A stretch of DNA of 64,000 nucleotides. Origin: Prorocentrum cordatum (Eukaryota). Location of the stretch: assembly GCA_963575745.1 (NCBI GenBank), contig CAUYUJ010000267.1, positions 1-64,000 on the forward strand, given 5' to 3'. How positions within the stretch are numbered: position 1 is the first letter of the stretch; the number at the start of each line of letters is the position of its first letter. Below are positions 60,711 to 64,000 of the stretch, in pieces. The notes below the pieces were generated by a model. The model saw only the letters and a list, made by a program, of their open reading frames with translations. It was not told where the DNA came from and did not search any database. A program made the translations under genes and the position numbers.

Positions 60711-63479
60711 CTCCGCAAGAGGAACCGACCCGATGGCGCAAGAGCTGCAGGCTGCAGGCTGCAGTCTTCGTCAAAGCTGGGGAGAAATCAAGGATTAGCG
60801 GCGAAGGGAGCGAGGAGACAGAGACAGAGTGAGAGAGAGAGAGCGAGATAATTGAGAAACCCACTGTAAACAGAGAGGGGGAGGGGGAAGGAAACATACA
60901 ACTATATACATACATGCACGCATATTGCGTATACGCCTTTACATATATGCATGTATGATTGTATGTATGTGTAGTTCTGTGTAGTTCAAAATGTGCATTC
61001 ATAATTACATACATGTATGTATGCATGCATGCATGCATGTATGTATGGATGTCTGCATGTGCACATGTCTATACATGTGAATATGTACGTACTCTGACCG
61101 TCGCCGTACTAATGCAGGCTCCCGGATGGGCTGTCCTCGGGGTCTCTTGAGACCGTTTTCAAGTCGTCTTGGGGGCCTCCTGGGCCTTCTTGGGGCCTTC
61201 TGGGCCCGTCTTTGCCCCTCTGGGCAATCTTGGGACCGCTGGAGCTGTTTTGGGACGGTCTGGGGGCCCCGTTGGGCTGTCTTGGTGCCCTCTTGGGCCG
61301 TCTGGAGCCCCTCCGGGCGTCCTCTTGGAGTCTCTCGGGGCCGTCTTTGGCCCCTCTTGGGCCGTCCTGAGCTCGTCGTGGGGCCCTCCTGGGCGCCTGC
61401 TGGGCCCTTTTGGAACGACCTCGGGGGGCTCTTCGGCGGTCTGGAGCGCTCTTGATGGGCCCGTTTTCCACCACCACCATAAGTTGGAGGGGGGAAGGAT
61501 GAGGAGGAGGAGGAGGAGGAGGACGATGAGGAGGAGGACGACGAAGAGGAGAAGAAGGAGGAAGAGGAGGACCCCCTCCCCCTCCACCTTCTGGTGGTGG
61601 TGCTGGAAAACAAGCCCATCAGCTCGGGAGTCCGAGAAGCCGAATATGCGAAAGTTGCACCGAAACCTCAAGAACACGAGCAAAAATACTGCCTCCCGGT
61701 GCCCTCCTCGGAGTCGTCGTCGGGCCCCCCTTAGGCCATCTGGGGAGACCGTGAGGCCGTCGAGTAGCCATCTTGGGTCCGTTTTGGGCCATCTTGGGCC
61801 CATCGTGGCCATCTGGGGGTGCTCGTCGGGCCCTCCTGAAGGGTCCTCTTGGGCCGTCTTGGGGCCATCTGCGGACGTTTTGGGCCCTCATAGGGCGCTG
61901 CCGACTCAGGCTCCCCGGTCGCATCCGGAGTTCTACCAGGTCAATTATACATTAAGCAGGAAACCGAGAAACCGATTGAATTAGTACAGCTATGTATACA
62001 TATTTCTACACATTTCAATCGAGGGAGAGAGAGAGAGAGAGAGAGAGAAAAAAAAAGAGAGAGAGAGAGAGAGAGAAACAGACAGACAGAGAGAGAAAGA
62101 GAGAGAGAGAGAAAGAGAAAAAAAAACAACAAAAACACACACTGACACACAGACGCACAGACACACAGACACACAGACACACATACAGACACGCACGCGC
62201 ACACGCACACACACACGCACATGCACACGCACACACAATCCCAAAAAACACAGAAACCAAACAAAAGGGGCGAAGCAAGGCGAGGAACATCGGGGAGAGG
62301 AGGCGGTCGGAGGTCCGGGGAGGCGGCTGTCCCGACTGCGCACAGCGGGCCGGTGCGAGGGCAGCGCCGGGATACGATTGGCTCAGATTGCGTTATGGAA
62401 GTTCTGGAAATTGGGGAAATTCTGGAAGTTCTGGGTTTTGTATCGGCGTTGGGCCGTCCGTGCTGGGCCCGTCGTCGCCAGGCACGCGGGGGATGCAAAA
62501 CCTCGGGGTCTTGGAGCGCACGGTCAGGTCTTAGCTCAGGTCCCCGTGCGCTCAGGTCTTAGCTGAGCACGAGCACCGGGGATGTGTTGCATGAGGGCAA
62601 TGGAAACGGCAGAAATCACAATGGCCAGCAAATCCAGCGGAATTAGGACACACGGGGGACAAAAAAGGAGCGGGCGAGGGGGGGACCTCCAGGGCGAAAG
62701 CAAAAAGGAAGGAGGGAAGCGGGAGGGAAGCAGGGCGGCTGGGGACAAGGAGGGAACACAGGGGAGGAACAAGAACGACACGTACTCAGCTGACAACTGT
62801 GCCATCCCAAAAGCATGTGATCATACGAAGCGAAAAAATTATGGTTGCGGCCCCCATCGCCCGTCGCGGCGGGATGACGCCGAAACCGCATCCTGAAAAA
62901 AGATACGGCGACGCCCCGCCCTCGAAAACACGATCGGTAACGGAAGGAATGGAATGGAATGGGCTCTATCGCGGTGCGATATTCACTAGATGCCACCCCC
63001 TGAACATGTCGAAATGCCCGACGAACTGGAAGGCGACGAAGAACGGTCCTCCCCTGATCACCCCGAGCGGCACGACAACAAGGAAGTGCATCATGGCGAA
63101 CTTAACCAGGGAGGCCCGAAGCAGTAGGACTGGGAGCTGAAAGAGCCTGAGGTTGACGAACAAAGACGACCAAGCCCCAGATGGATTCCTCACCCCACCA
63201 GGATACTGAAGCAAACTTGGCTGAAATGAAATCGGCTCGATACGGCTCTACTGTGTCACAGATAACCGAGCAACCTTTCACGCATGTCATCCAGATCGCC
63301 TCCTCCACACACAGCCTCGTAAGACAGCTACCGAAGTGTTGCTTCTTCCCTCTTGCACCCAAACCAGTACCTCGGGGAATATACACACAAAAATAAACGA
63401 GAGAACGTAGACACTGTGCAGACGTCCTGCGAATGAGAAAAACAGCCTTGGCCCAAGCACAAACTCAGCTGGTCCATTA

Positions 63480-63990
63480 CGGCACTGCAAGAGAGGGCAT
63501 GCCGACGGACCGCTGCTATTGAGCTTTGCTCCATTACGGGTAGCTGCCACTGCCCGCAATGCCTGAGTTCTCGCACCTGCTGATCACGGCACTGTAGCTG
63601 ATAACGGTCGGGCTAACATCGCCTCCCACATCGAGCCACGCTCCGCCAGGATTAGCTGCCACTGCACGCCGTTCTCGCACGTGCTTGACCCAAGATCGAG
63701 ACTCAGCGGGTCCATTACGGCACTGCAGGGGAGGATGCGCCGACGGACCGCTCGCACTGATCCTCGCACCGATACTGGTAGCTACCGCTGTCCGCCGCTG
63801 CCTGCTTTCTCGCACCACATCTGCACGATAACGTGCACTGTGGTTTTTTCGAGGATGCCGCAGCAGCGCCTCGAGGCCACCACCTTCCCTGTTGGTTTTC
63901 GAGGATGCCAATGGCAGCGCCTCGGGGCCTCCACCTTCCCTCTCTTCTGTCCGCGCTGCTCCCTGGCGCTGATACCCAGCGGGTGCATTG
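63480..63990 (-). pseudogene. Degenerate PPR-like repeat remnants
   Basis: Fragments VSPTVISYSAVISRCE, CENGVQWQL, CGQWQL and CEKAG resemble the PPR motif ISYSAAISACEKGGQWQ; frames are broken. Confidence 0.5.
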
Positions 63991-64000
63991 CGGCAACGCA

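Overview
Eukaryotic, repeat-rich nuclear DNA from a dinoflagellate. The evidence is a perfect 22-nt DinoSL spliced leader and GC-AG introns with AG|G junctions; high GC and repeat style are Prorocentrum-like, which is an inference. The whole window appears to lie inside one minus-strand SEC61-alpha gene. Three tiny exons (60597-60710, 38840-38929, 16055-16108) are separated by introns of about 21.7 and 22.7 kb. Nested in these introns are: two decayed RNase H-bearing LINEs within (CCT)n tracts; a tandem array of intronless genes for a secreted GDPH (VWD-like) protein; a 3'-truncated retrocopy of a bacterial-type OafA/acyltransferase-3 mRNA carrying a full SL plus an SL relic; a tandemly duplicated Ty1/copia element with about 100-bp LTRs; three MITE families; and five copies of a non-autonomous Helentron/DINE-1-like element. 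That last element has conserved ends enclosing related 77-, 90- and 103-bp satellite arrays and is the most unusual structure found. Most long ORFs in the supplied track are artefacts of these repeats. No rRNA, tRNA or CRISPR was found.
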